Shown: positions 9,769 to 21,800 of the stretch, piece by piece | Layout: each line of letters opens with the position of its first letter | Numbering within the stretch: the first letter of the stretch is position 1 | Source: Candidatus Saccharimonadota bacterium | GTDB taxonomy: Bacteria; Patescibacteriota; Gracilibacteria; BD1-5; UBA2023 | Assembly: GCA_963706795.1 (NCBI GenBank) | Contig: OY970170.1 | Coordinates: forward strand, 1,200,001-1,232,000 | Direction: 5' to 3' | DNA length: 32,000 nt | Position numbers and translations under genes: made by a program | Notes under the pieces: generated by a model | What the model was told of the DNA's origin: nothing | Database searches by the model: none | Seen by the model: the letters and a program-made list of their open reading frames with translations, nothing else

Positions 9769-12700
9769 ATGATGGGCGCAAACAAACTTCCTCCTTCACA
9801 CAACAATCGCAACGGGATTGTGGGTCGCGTAATCGGTGGTCTTCAGAAAAAAAAGAATGCCGCGATTCTAGCACTCGGCATCATCAGTAATTCCTATGCT
9901 GAAAATCCAAAGACTCCAGAGTTTCCACTTGAGTCTCCTGAAACATCGACGCTTGTTTTGCAAACTGCAGATCGCATCAGTGGTACAATGCAAGAAACAG
10001 ATGCAAATTCTTCTGTTTTTGTACGTAAACCGCTCGTTGTAGCACAGGCTGGAAAGCAAGCACCAGTTATCGATCTTCCTGATCTTGGTGAAAAAAAGCC
10101 AACGAGTACCAAACTCAATTATAATCTCACGCCAAATGGTGGAGCGGTAAATATGATCATGGTTGGTACCCAGATTGAGCTCGGAGTGGATTATTCAGAA
10201 TTCTCAAAAGGTGTTTTCTGAAAACTCACACAGATGGTTGGAGAAAAAAACGAATCTGCAGTATCGATCTCTGTACGCGCATGAAAGGATGAGGTAGATC
10301 TCTTTGGTAATTTTGCAACCAAAGTAAGCAGCAGTGGAATTTTGACTTTTTCACTCCGCGATCTCAGACAAAATGCAGATTTCTTGCTTGGTGATGTAAC
10401 TCGAAGAGTACGTGTACAAGAAAGTCTTGCTGGAGCGACATTTATCCTCAATGGCTCTGGAGCAATTAGCCAATTTAAGTCTTCTCTCTACGTCTCACGA
10501 GCTCCATCAAAATATCTCGGAGAAAGAACTGTAGTCATTGATAACGCAGATCTCTATCGCGAATTCACTCTTCCAGAAAATATTGCCGGAACAAAGATCT
10601 ACGGAGCTCGAACCGGAGGAACACTCAAATGAGACTTCAACCTTTCATTTGAAGCTTCAGTCGGTTACGAAAGAAGCAAAACTGACTATCTCAATCCTGA
10701 GCGCAGCACAACGCCAGCAATCCAAAATACTGCAGTATTTTCAGGAAAGATTAATTACACTGGACGCACAGGCTCAGCATATTTAGAGAGTGTGAAGAGT
10801 TACGGTTCAGTACGAACTACTATCGGAGTTACTCAAGCACTCGACACAGAGCGCAGACTCAATGCTATCATCAAAGCATATACCGTACGAGGATCTAATG
10901 GATACGGAAATGATTCTGGAGCCTCTATCCATCTCAGTTATGATTTTGGATCTGGAGTGAAACGATCTGCCAATAGTGTGTCTCTTGCTGGATACAAAAA
11001 TAGTGTAGGAAGCAGAGATGTCTTTAGTGCAGCATCGGAGCGCCCAGATTTTGCTTCTTCGACACGAGTTCATGCCCAGGCTGATAACACGGTGCTACCT
11101 ACCACAAAAATTGAGATTTCTAAGGCGGGTCTCAATGGTGTTGGAACTGTAAATAAACAGGGTGATATTCTTATCCCTGTAAATCTTGGTGAAGTATCAC
11201 AGTATGGAGCATTTCTTGGTGGTACCGATGAGACTACAGGACAGGCACTGCCAGCGGGAGCAGTCGAGGTGGTTAATGGAAACCTTGTAATTCATCCAAA
11301 AATCCTCGAGGCAGCTCTCGCAGGATCAAACGCGAGCTCGCCACACCGACTTGTCCTCAAGTTTGCAAACGGACAGATCATCGTTGGTGCCTACAAGGGA
11401 TCAGTTCACATTACCGAAGTCACTCTCGATAGCCCAACGGTGCTTTCGGCTCCAACAGTTACGAATATAACTCTCAACAGCTTTACAGTCGAGGGCGGAA
11501 TTGCAGACGCGAATGGCGTAACGAACAAGACATATTTTGTCTACGCATCTGATCCTACAGGCAACAAGGATACAAAGGTGATCACAAGTGCTCCAGTATG
11601 AAACGGAACTACTCAAATCACGAGTGATCAGTTCACTATTTCTGGTGAATACTTCGTTCGAATGAGCGGACTGGCAAAACAGGGCAAGACCATGGTTCTC
11701 GTGGACTCCCAAGTTACCAAGGTCAAACTCGCAGCACCGACAAAACCTGAAGCTCCAGCGGATTGCAAGGCATTCAAAAATGTGATTTATTGTGGATCTA
11801 ATCTTCGAAATCTCGAAGTCAGCATAAACGGTGGATCTTGGGTAAACTACGTTGATGGCGTAAGCTACGGAGTTGGTGATACATCATCAACCAAGGTCAG
11901 CATTCGAGTAAAGGCTCTGAATGGAAATCTTCCAAGTGATCCAGTGAATTTTGAACTCACTCCAGCAGCAGTAACACCTGCGGCCATTGCTGCAAAAGCA
12001 AATCAGGTAACTCGCACCATCGAGCTTCCAACTACAATTGATCCAGCAACGGTTGAAGTTTCTACTGATAAAAATACTTGGTCAGCATATTTAGCTACAA
12101 CCAAGTACAGTGGAAATACCACAGTCTATGTACGAATCAAAAAATCGAATATTCCTGCCGGCGAAATTTCATCGGTAGAGTTCAAGATTGCACAGCCGAC
12201 TATCCTCGTAGCAAATGACAGTATCGAACTCGAATCCGGTACATCTGGCGGCCTCGGAGCCCCACGCTTCAGTGACCAAAGTAGCCTTGTCCTTACATTC
12301 ACGCTTACAAATGTTGATGCACGTCTTGGAAAGGTAACTATCCAAGACAATGGAGTAATTAATTTTGGAGACAAAATCGCACCTGGAACCTACAGCGTGA
12401 CCCGAGTGATTAGTTTTGCTGGTGGAGATCCGATTACACAGGCTATCAAAGTTGTTGTTCGAGAGAAGGCCAATCCTGAGGAATTCACACCTACTATCGC
12501 TGCACCAACAGTCAGTACAACCGAAACTTCAGCAACGATTACAAATCGTATCTCGAGTCCGCAGAGTATGCAGGATGTACGATACTTCTTGTTTACTGCC
12601 AATGGTACTCCAGTAGGTAATCCAAATGGACAGAATGCTGCTACATTTAACGGTCTCACACCAGACACTGAATACTTTGCAAAAACTTCGGCACGCGTAT

Positions 12701-13941
12701 TTAATCCACCAGGAGGACTCTTACTTGTTATTTCTCCTTCGACTGCAGTTTTTAAAACAGTTGCAACAGTAATTGTAGCACCCAACAAGCCACCAGAATT
12801 CAATGGAAGCTTCTCAGATCAGAGCTTTACAAAGAATACTTTCACGAGTCTTACGCTTACAACTGCAACTGATCCAGAAGGAAAAAATGTAACGTACTCG
12901 GCAACAGGACTTCCAGCTGGAATGACTTTTGATTCAAACAATCGAGTCATCTCAGGAACACCAACTGTTAATGGCGTATATACTATTACCTATACAGCGG
13001 TAGATCCGCTTGGAGCACCTGTGTCAGCGAATTTTAAAATTACCGTTGCAGACGCACCAATCATTATCGTGCCAAATATTCCACCAGTCTTTACAGGTGG
13101 AGTCAGCAATCACCCAAGCTTCGTGCAGAATGTTGCTATCACGCCATACGTTCTTACGGCAGCTACTGACCTTCAGGCTATTACGTACTCCGTAAGCGGT
13201 CTTCCTGCTGGTCTTAGCTTTAATCCAGCTACACGTACTGTCTCAGGAACACCAACTGGAACCGGTGCATCAACTGTTACTTATACAGCAACTGACTCAC
13301 TTGGAGCTACAGCTACTCTGTCATACACCGACACCGTAAGTGCACCTATTGATACTTCACCAGATGCATTCGATATTACGAATGTCACAAATCAGTCTAT
13401 CTCTACAGTTATTACAACTGGAGCAATTACGGTAAGTGGCATTACTGCTGCAACTCCCGTCAATGCATCAACGACTCTTGGTACGATTGTTAAGAACAAT
13501 ACTGATACTGGACTCACTTCTACAACTGTAGTATTGGGCGATACAGTAGCCGTAAAGCTTACGACCTCGGCGACATATGGCGCAACACAAAATGGAACCG
13601 TAACCATTGGTGGAGAGAGTGACGGATTTTCTGTCATAACAAAGGCGAATACCCCACCAGTCATCTCATCAGACGGAGACTTCTCAGCAACCCATAATGT
13701 ACAATCCGCAGAGCGCACACTTACTGTATCGAACGCAAATGGAGGAAATATCACGGTGACCGCTGATTCGGATGACCCAACTTGTTCTATCATTTTTACA
13801 ACCACTACGACAGTAAATGGGTCGGGGGTTGTAAAATATCGAGTATTTGGTACAGCTTCAGGACTTCCAACGATTACTTTCACAGTCACAAACGATGGAA
13901 GTCTTGGCTCACAGACAGCTGTAAACGTAACTATGAATTAA
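9769..13941 (+). CDS. giant secreted surface protein 1 (1390 aa): N-terminal beta-strand-rich region followed by Fn3-like and two He_PIG-type (putative Ig) domains
   Basis: Track ORFs 9769, 10342, 10792 and 11662 are all in one frame. The gaps contain only TGA (10219, 10282, 10630, 11599) and no TAA/TAG until TAA 13939-13941. The signal-like N-terminus is ..KKKNAAILALGIISNSYA/ENP. The Fn3-like block is TPTIAAPTVSTTETSATITNRISSP..FNGLTPDTEYFAKTSARV. Two tandem repeats follow: ..VTYSATGLPAGMTFDSNNRVISGTPTVNGVYTITYTAVDPLGA and ..ITYSVSGLPAGLSFNPATRTVSGTPTGTGASTVTYTATDSLGA, which match the He_PIG/dystroglycan-type Ig signature. Confidence 0.9.
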
Positions 13942-14020
13942 TCTGAGCATTACATTCGAGACAGCCAGATTTGCCTTGCCGAGTATCTCGGTATAATCCA
14001 GCAAAGCTTCCTGTCTTTGA

Positions 14021-17000
14021 ATGAGTAAAATGAGACCCAAAAATGACCGATTCAGACGCTGTATTGCAAGCATCATAGCAACTACGCTCTTTTTGGGTCA
14101 TTTTTCTTCTATTCCAACAGCATTTGCAGCGGATACTTTCACGCTTTCTGCAACAGAAACAACTGGTCAAACTGTTATCAATCCTGGAGGAACACTCAAA
14201 TATAACGTTTTCCTCAAGAATAATACAAGTTCGTCAAACGGGGCAACTAGTCCATGAATTGGAGTTTCTTTTGATCACACAGAGTTCACCTACAGTGGCT
14301 CGACATGGTCTACCACTCAAGTACCAGCTGGCTCTGGTGGAGCAGGATTTAATCCACCAAGCAGCAATACTGGTACATTTGATGTGGGCACGCTTCAGGT
14401 TTGAAAAACCGCAAAACTCAGCGATTTTACCATCGTCTTAAACCAAAACTATACAGCTACGAGCATCACGCTTACCGCAAATGGTTTTGCTTCCAACTTC
14501 CCTACTATTACGCGAAGTGCTGCAACCATCGCAGTTAACTCAACACCGCATATTAAATCGGTCGTACTGAGCAAGGGGTCAATTATCAACAATGGAATCG
14601 ATTCTGTAAATGCGACTGTTCGTGTTTTGGATTATAACGGATGTTCGAATCTCTCAGGCGGCTCATCGACAATGACGCTCGATACGAGTGCGCTTTGAGG
14701 ATCTTCTGCACTTGCGCCATCGAGCTCGGGGTGTGATGTAGACGGAGTGACTGTTGTGTATACCTTTAATGGTATAGTGACTTCAAATGGACTCTCTGCA
14801 GGATCAAAAAATCTTACGGCAACCGCACGAGATGCTGAGTGACACCTTGCAAATTCTGATGCGAATTTTACGAGCGATGATGGCTCACCAACGGGCACGA
14901 TCACAGTCAATACTGCCACCGCACCAGTGGTAACAGCACTCTGAGCGACACCTTCACCTGTGAGGGCAGGTCAGACCGTCACAGTATCATGGCAATCGAG
15001 CCAAACAGGAAGTTATGCACTCTACTCAGGATCTGGAGCCGCCTGCTGAGCAGGAAGTCTCTTCGCATCTGGAAATGTCGCAGCAATAAATTCTCCGATT
15101 TTTTCAAATCTCTCTTCTGATACACTGCCAGAAGGAGTATTAAATCTCGCGCTTTGTGTGACTAATGCCGAGCCAACAACAGGTTCTACGCTTCAGGCAA
15201 TTACCAAGGACACGGTAGCACCAATGATCACTATTGGTGAATACTCTAACAACATTACATCGCAGAATGTTAGTTTAGGATTTCAATCAAATGAACTCGG
15301 GACATATCGTGTACTCGTAAATAATATCGATACCGGAGTCACCGGTACTGTTTCGGCAATTAATACGACGGTAACTGTAAGTGTGCCAAATGCTGCTTTT
15401 ACGATCAATCCCTGAAACAACGACGTCCGTGTCACAGTAACTGATGCTGCAGGAAATGTCGGGAATTCTAGTACTGTACAAGTCAATAAGGATTTTACAC
15501 CACCGGCTCCGGTAACCAATGTACAGCTCACAGACTGTGACTATATAGGTAATAACGGCACGCCTTGCGCACTTCTCGGTAATCCCCGCTCAGGAATGTC
15601 TGGACGAGATTTTTATGTGCAATGGGATACGCCAACCGGATCTGGAGGATTTGCGACCTATGACATATTTGTATTGCCAGTTGGAACCACAGTCGATACC
15701 AATATTCATACTCCTGTAAAAAGCGTCGGAGGATTTACAAGCACTGGAAGCTTCTTGCTTGATGGACAAGCAACTGATAGTTCCGGATCACTCTTGCCAC
15801 AAACAGGAACAGGTCAATATGTTGCATCGGTACTCGTACATAAATTTAATGGACTCTATTCAAGTACGGTATCTTCGAGTGGCACAATCATTACAGCAGA
15901 TGCAATCACCTATCCAACTATCTCGAGCGCTGCATTTACTTCGAATACAAGTCTGACTCTTACATATAACAAAACTCTCACTTGAGCTTTAACAGGATAT
16001 AATTCTAGTAAACTGAGTTCACCAAGCAGTTGTTTTGTTATAGATACGAGCACAGGCACGGGAGCAAAATCCATGACCGGAAGCATAGTCACTTTTGCTG
16101 TTCAGCCACTCTGAAATCTCTCAAAAACCTGTTCAGATCTTGCAGTCACTGGAACATGACTCGTAGTTGATTCTCAAAATCTCTATAGCGAAGAGACTCC
16201 ATCTGGTATTACTGTAAATGACTGACAAACTCCCCTGCCACTTACTATTACTGCTCCGACAAGTAATTCGTTTGTAGGAGGAAACGGAGCTTTTAATCTC
16301 GTCTACAATCTACCAGAAGCGATGTCAGGAAGCACGCTCAAAGCAACCCTCACCGATGGTTCTGGTGCAACTATCCAAGTACCACTTACACTTGCAACAG
16401 CAGGAAGTCATACAAAAACACTCACATGATCAGTGATCGGCCTCGTGGATGGGAAGGTCTATAGCATCGTAATCTCTGGACAAGATCTCGCTGGAAATGC
16501 GGGTATTTCGAGCGCCGTAACCGGTATTACCTACGATCTCACTCCGCCAAGTATTCCAGTACTTTCGTCACCCGTAGATGGAATTTATACGAACCTAACT
16601 GCTCCTGCACTTGCATGGATCATGGCGAATGATAACTATTCTGCTGCGGTAAATATCTCATATAAAGTCGAGGTTTCGCTCGCTTCAGACTTCTCGACCC
16701 TAGTATCGAGCGGATCAATATCGAGTGGTACGGGCTTTACAGTGAATCCTTCGCTCACAACAAGCGCTCCATACTACTGGCGTGTTCAGGCCATTGACCA
16801 AGCCGGCAATGTCAGCTCCTTTTGTGTAGCTCGAAGCTTCACCTTTGATAACATTGATCCAGTTATTAGTCCGATCGCAACAAATACCTACGTACAAAAT
16901 ATCAGTCGCTCATTTACTGGATTCGTACGAAATGGGGACAATATAGAAGTTCGCTCCGTGATTACGGACAATTTTAACACGCAGATGACCACTGCGAATG

Positions 17001-20000
17001 TTGTTGCGGATCTTTCGGCGCTTGGATGAGGATCTACAACGATTGCGAGCACATACAACAATCTCAGTGGCGCAGCAGTCTGGAGTCTCACTGCAACATG
17101 TACTGATGGTACAAAAAATATCCCACTTACTGCTACGGATAAAGCAGGTAATATAGTTAACTATACGGTCACAACTATCTGTGATAACACAGGGCCAGCG
17201 CTTCTTGCAAATTCGGTACTTACTCCAGCAAATGGTGCATATTTGAGTGGTGGGGTGTCGTATGACATCACATGGAATCCAGCTTTTTATAGTACTGAGC
17301 TTAGCCCAATAGGTAGCCCTATCGATATTGATTTTTCACAAACTGGAGCTTCGTGGTCTAATCTCGCAACAGCAATTCCTAATAGCGGAAGCTTCACATG
17401 GAGTGTACCATCCGTTAATCTCTCTGGTGCACAAATTCGTATCACGGCAACTGACAAGCTCGGCAATACTACAAGTGTTATCAAAACTTTTGTCATAGAC
17501 TCTACAAATCCTACTGTTGCCATTGATGCTATCACTACACCAAACGGAGGTGAATATCTCAAAGGAAGTACAGGAAGCGGTATTACCATCACTTGGAATA
17601 CTGGAAAAGTCTCTGACACCAATCTTGGAAGCACGCCAGTAACTCTCGCCTATTCAACCAACGGAAGCACCTGGAATACTATCGCATCAGGTCTTGGAAA
17701 TGCTGGAACGTATCTCTGGACAGGTGTTCCTGCACTCAATTCTGCGACTGTTCGTATAAAGCTTACAGCAACTGATCTCGCTGGAAATACTTCGACAGAT
17801 ATTTCGGATGCAGATTTTACAATAGACTCTACACTTCCAAACATTGCGGTCATTACTCCGCCAACACCAGCAACGAGCTCCTTTATCTCCGCTGGATGAT
17901 TTGATACACAGACCCAGGGATCCGACACTAATCTTTGGAAGATTGCATACTCACTCGATGATGGATCACTCTATTGGAACGAAAGTACTACAGGCTGGCT
18001 CGGAGTTCCTCAGTGGAATGATATCTGTACGAACGCTGCAACCTGTGCGACTGCAAATTACACCATCACTCCATCTATCAGCGATGGAACATCCTATCAT
18101 CTCAAATTCCGCGTAACGGATCTTGCGGGTAATATTCGTGATTCGAGCATATATACATATACGGCTGATACAGTAGCGCCGGTAGTTACAACTACGCTTC
18201 CAAATAATACTTACTACTCAGGATCTGTAAGTATTGCTGGTACAACTTCTGACGCGCGATCGGGAGTTTCGTCTACGAAGGTTTCGATTCTTCGAGAGTC
18301 AGATAATAACTACTGGAGCGGTACAGGCGGATTTACTGGTACCGCCACACTCAATCTTGCAACCACAACGAGCAATGGGTATGCAACATGGTCGTTTAAT
18401 GGATTCTCTCTGCCTGGCGGAGATGCAGACGGTACGTCATATCTCATCACTCGCAGTGCGACAGACAACGCCTACAAGATTAATAATTCCTCAACTGGAG
18501 CCACTCGTATCTATAAAGATGCTACCGGCCCAACGATTGATCCAAACGTCTGGACGAATCCTTCTACAGCAATCTTTTGGGAATGATCTGCCCCACAAAC
18601 GCTCACATGGAATACTGGAGCAATCAGCGATGCAGTCTCCGGAGTTAATCAAACAGGCGGAATTATCCTCGAGTACTATCCTACAACGGGAACTGGTTGG
18701 ATTACCATCGCATCAGGTATAGCCAATAGTGGCAGTTATATTTGGAATGTCCCAACGCTCGATACCGACCTCAATCTCCGTATCCGTGCTATCGACAATG
18801 CTGGCAATGCAGGAGCTGGAGTCACCAGTGCAACTGTTACAGTCGACAGCGTACCGCCTACGGTCTCAAGTGTATCAACTATGGATCAGTGAGCCACTGG
18901 ACAGATCGATGGACTCTTCGTAACAATGAGCGAACCAATTATTTGTTCAACTGTTCGTGCGAGCGATTTTACGATTGGCGGAATCGGCAATCCAACGAGC
19001 ATTGGTGCATGTAGCGGGAACTCAAATACATTCATTTTGAATTTTGCTCCGTTTGGGAATACTGCCTCAAAACCAACATTTACATATCTCTGAGCTGGTA
19101 CGCTTACTGACCGCGCAGCAAATCACCTCGCATCAGTTGGACCAATTACCCCAACTGATAACGCGGTACCACGTATTCTCTCTGCGAGCATTACCGATAC
19201 CAATCTCAATGGGAAGGTCGACAAAATTGCCGCTACCATGAGTGAACCAATCGCTGCTTCGAGCAATACTTCTGCATGGGCGATTGTATCCCCTGTCGCA
19301 GGAGTTGGCGCTACTCCAACTGCAGTTTCTGTATCGAGCAATATTGTAAATCTCACTATCTCAGAGCCTACAAGTTTTGATACTTCTACTGGAGGAATGT
19401 CACTTGCATTTACAACGAACTCCAATTGGAAGGACGCTGTAAATAATCCAGTTTCTTCAAATGCATCGATTAGCCTCACTGATGCAGCTCTGCCACAAGT
19501 CGTAAGTGCAAAAACAGTGGATATTGGTGGGTACTACGGTGCACAGATTGTATTCTCTGAGCCACTTTTGAGTACGACACTCGCGGGATTTGGTCTTGGT
19601 GGCACGAGCACATTTACAGGAACGATCATTAATTTGGATTCTCTCACCTATAACCTCGTAACTGCAGATGCCACTGCACTCAATACAGGCAAGACGTTCA
19701 CTCTAACATATTCAAATACTGGTCTTGTATCAGATCCAAGTGGCAATCAACTCGCAAATATCGCTTCCAAAACCGTGATCGACAACCTCGCTCCGCGCAT
19801 CATTTCACGAACAACTGCTGACACTAATCACAATGGGAAGATCGATGCCATCGTTGCCACCTATTCCGAGGTTCTCGGTGGAAGTCTCGCTGGCTATACT
19901 CCAACCGTCACAGGATATACTGTCAGTGGTTCAGTACTCTCTGGATCAACAGTAACAACACAGCTCGTCGAATGAAGCGTTCTTGATACTGACGCAACTC

Positions 20001-21613
20001 CGCTCATCCAGATCAATAACGCGAGTCTCGCCGATCAAGCAAGTAATTTCTTCCCGAGTGAATGAAGCGCAACAGCAGCTACAGATGCAGTCGGACCAAT
20101 TATTAGCGAAGCTCGTTACGATGGTACAAATACCATCTATGTCACCTTCTCAGAAGCATATTCTGGAAGCCTCTCAGCCTGATCATTTACGCTCTCAGGA
20201 TCGAGTATCACAATTACTGGAGTCGCTACACCAACAAGTACAACTGCAACTCTTACGGTAAGTGGTACAGTAAACTACGGTACGACCGAAATCTCTGCAG
20301 CCATCAATGCCATTGGAGACGCACTTAACAACAAGCAACAAGCAACTGCCTTTGTTAAGGTTAATGCTTCAGTCGTCATCAATGAAATTATGTGGTCATG
20401 AACTGGAAGCAGTGCCACTCAATATATCGAACTCCGAAATCTTGGAACTGCCTCAGTAGATATCTCCAACTGGACGATCGACAATGCAGCTTCTAACGGA
20501 ACTGCGCCACTCACGATTCCAGCAAGCAGCAGCATTGCAGCAAATGGATACTTCTTGATTGCTGCAACGAACACAAACAACGCGTCCAATCTCGTAGCAA
20601 ACAGCATTACTCCAAATGCGGTCCTAGCGCTCTCCCTCACGCCAAATCAAACAGGCAATCTCGTCCTCAAAAATAATCTTGGTACAACCTATGACCGAGC
20701 CAAGGCTAATCCTTGGGCAGCTGGAAATGATACACTTGCATACTCTATGGAGCGTAAAACAAGTGTCTGAGATGGGCTTACAGCGAGCAATTGGTATGCA
20801 GGACAGACAAACTCAGGATACTTTGATATCGCGGGCCCACGAGGTACGCCATGAAGCCCTAATGTCTTTGATGTTACACCACCAACTATTAATACGACGA
20901 GTATTGCAGACCAGCAAATTCTGCCTGCGGGGAATTACACGCAGAGTTATAGCTACACCGACGATATCAGCATAAGCGCAACTCCGGTCGTAAGCTATCT
21001 CCTCGAAAAAAACAATGGATCTGGAGCGTACACGGATGTCACAGTTGCATGAGTAAGTGCATCGTGAGCGAATGGGGCAAGCAGCACATTCACACTTCGT
21101 AATCTTGCACCTGGGGCATATCGCTCGACATTCTCAGTTCAGGATGCTGCGGGGAATAGCACTCAGGAAATCACGATATTTTATATCGACAATGCGAGCC
21201 TCAGTGTCACAAGCACTCCGATTAAAATCGGCGCAGTGAGCGCCAACACGCTCACCACCGCTGTAACCAAAGCGGTAATCACGCTCAAGACTATCGGAAC
21301 ACCGTTTAATCTCACTCTCGGCGGAAGTGGCACGCTCAGTGCGGGTATTAATAATATTCCAATTTGGGATGGAACATCAGGATATGGATATGCCTGTGCA
21401 CCAACAAATAACGCGCAACCAGATTTCTGTGATGCCACTATTCGATCTGTAACTGGCTGAGTGATCGGATCATCCCTCACAGCCAATCCAGATGTTAATG
21501 GAAACCTCAAAACCTATACATACACCATCGAGTATTCGACCAAAGTCGATGCTACAAAGCCCGCAGGAACCTATGGGGCACAATGAAAATATGACGTGCA
21601 GTTCAACTATTAA
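14021..21613 (+). CDS. giant secreted surface protein 2 (2530 aa): multi-Ig adhesin-like array, a lamin-tail domain and a C-terminal WxL-like module
   Basis: ATG 14021 gives the signal peptide ..CIASIIATTLFLGHFSSIPTAFA/ADTF. Track ORFs 14021, 15158, 15596, 16433, 17243, 19238, 20555 and 21236 are congruent mod 3. I translated every gap by hand and found 27 in-frame TGA codons and no TAA/TAG before TAA 21611-21613. At least 9 Ig-type domain ends carry D-x-[AL]-G-N (TDKAGN, TDKLGN, TDLAGN x2, IDQAGN, IDNAGN, TDAAGN, QDAAGN, QDLAGN). The lamin-tail domain lies at about 20372-20863. Confidence 0.9.
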
Positions 21614-21708
21614 TGCAGATGAAGTACTCAAAATTTTAAGCTAGATTTAAGCCTCATATCACAAACCCAAGACAGTACTAAAAACTATAAAAAGAAGGTA
21701 CTATTGTG

Positions 21709-21735
21709 TTGACTTTCCTCAAAGTTTGAGATAAT
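21709..21735 (+). promoter_or_regulatory. weak candidate promoter for the 281-aa subunit gene
   Basis: TTGACT (21709-21714), a 15-nt spacer, then GATAAT (21730-21735), about 65 nt upstream of ATG 21801. The spacer is short and the -10 element is imperfect. Confidence 0.3.
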
Positions 21736-21800
21736 GAAAGTGATAAGGATCCTCCTTACTTCATAGTCTGAATCACCTCGTTATCCCTTAGCTCTCATAT

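Noticed and set aside
13971-13997. TTGCCT-N15-TATAAT between the two giant genes, considered as an internal promoter. The small CCGAGtatCTCGG hairpin there was considered as a terminator.
   Set aside because: The spacer is short and the -35 element is weak. The hairpin has only 5 bp and no U-run. I cannot distinguish co-transcription from an internal promoter using sequence alone.
12390-21510. Many 60-165 aa ORFs lie antisense to, or out of frame within, the giant genes. Examples are 12390..12803, 13392..13889, 17287..17634, 19123..19479 and 21181..21510 on the minus strand, and 17844..18116, 18234..18722 and 19983..20261 on the plus strand.
   Set aside because: These are shadow ORFs inside a continuous coding frame with clear domain content. 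They have skewed, low-complexity compositions and no start or terminator context.
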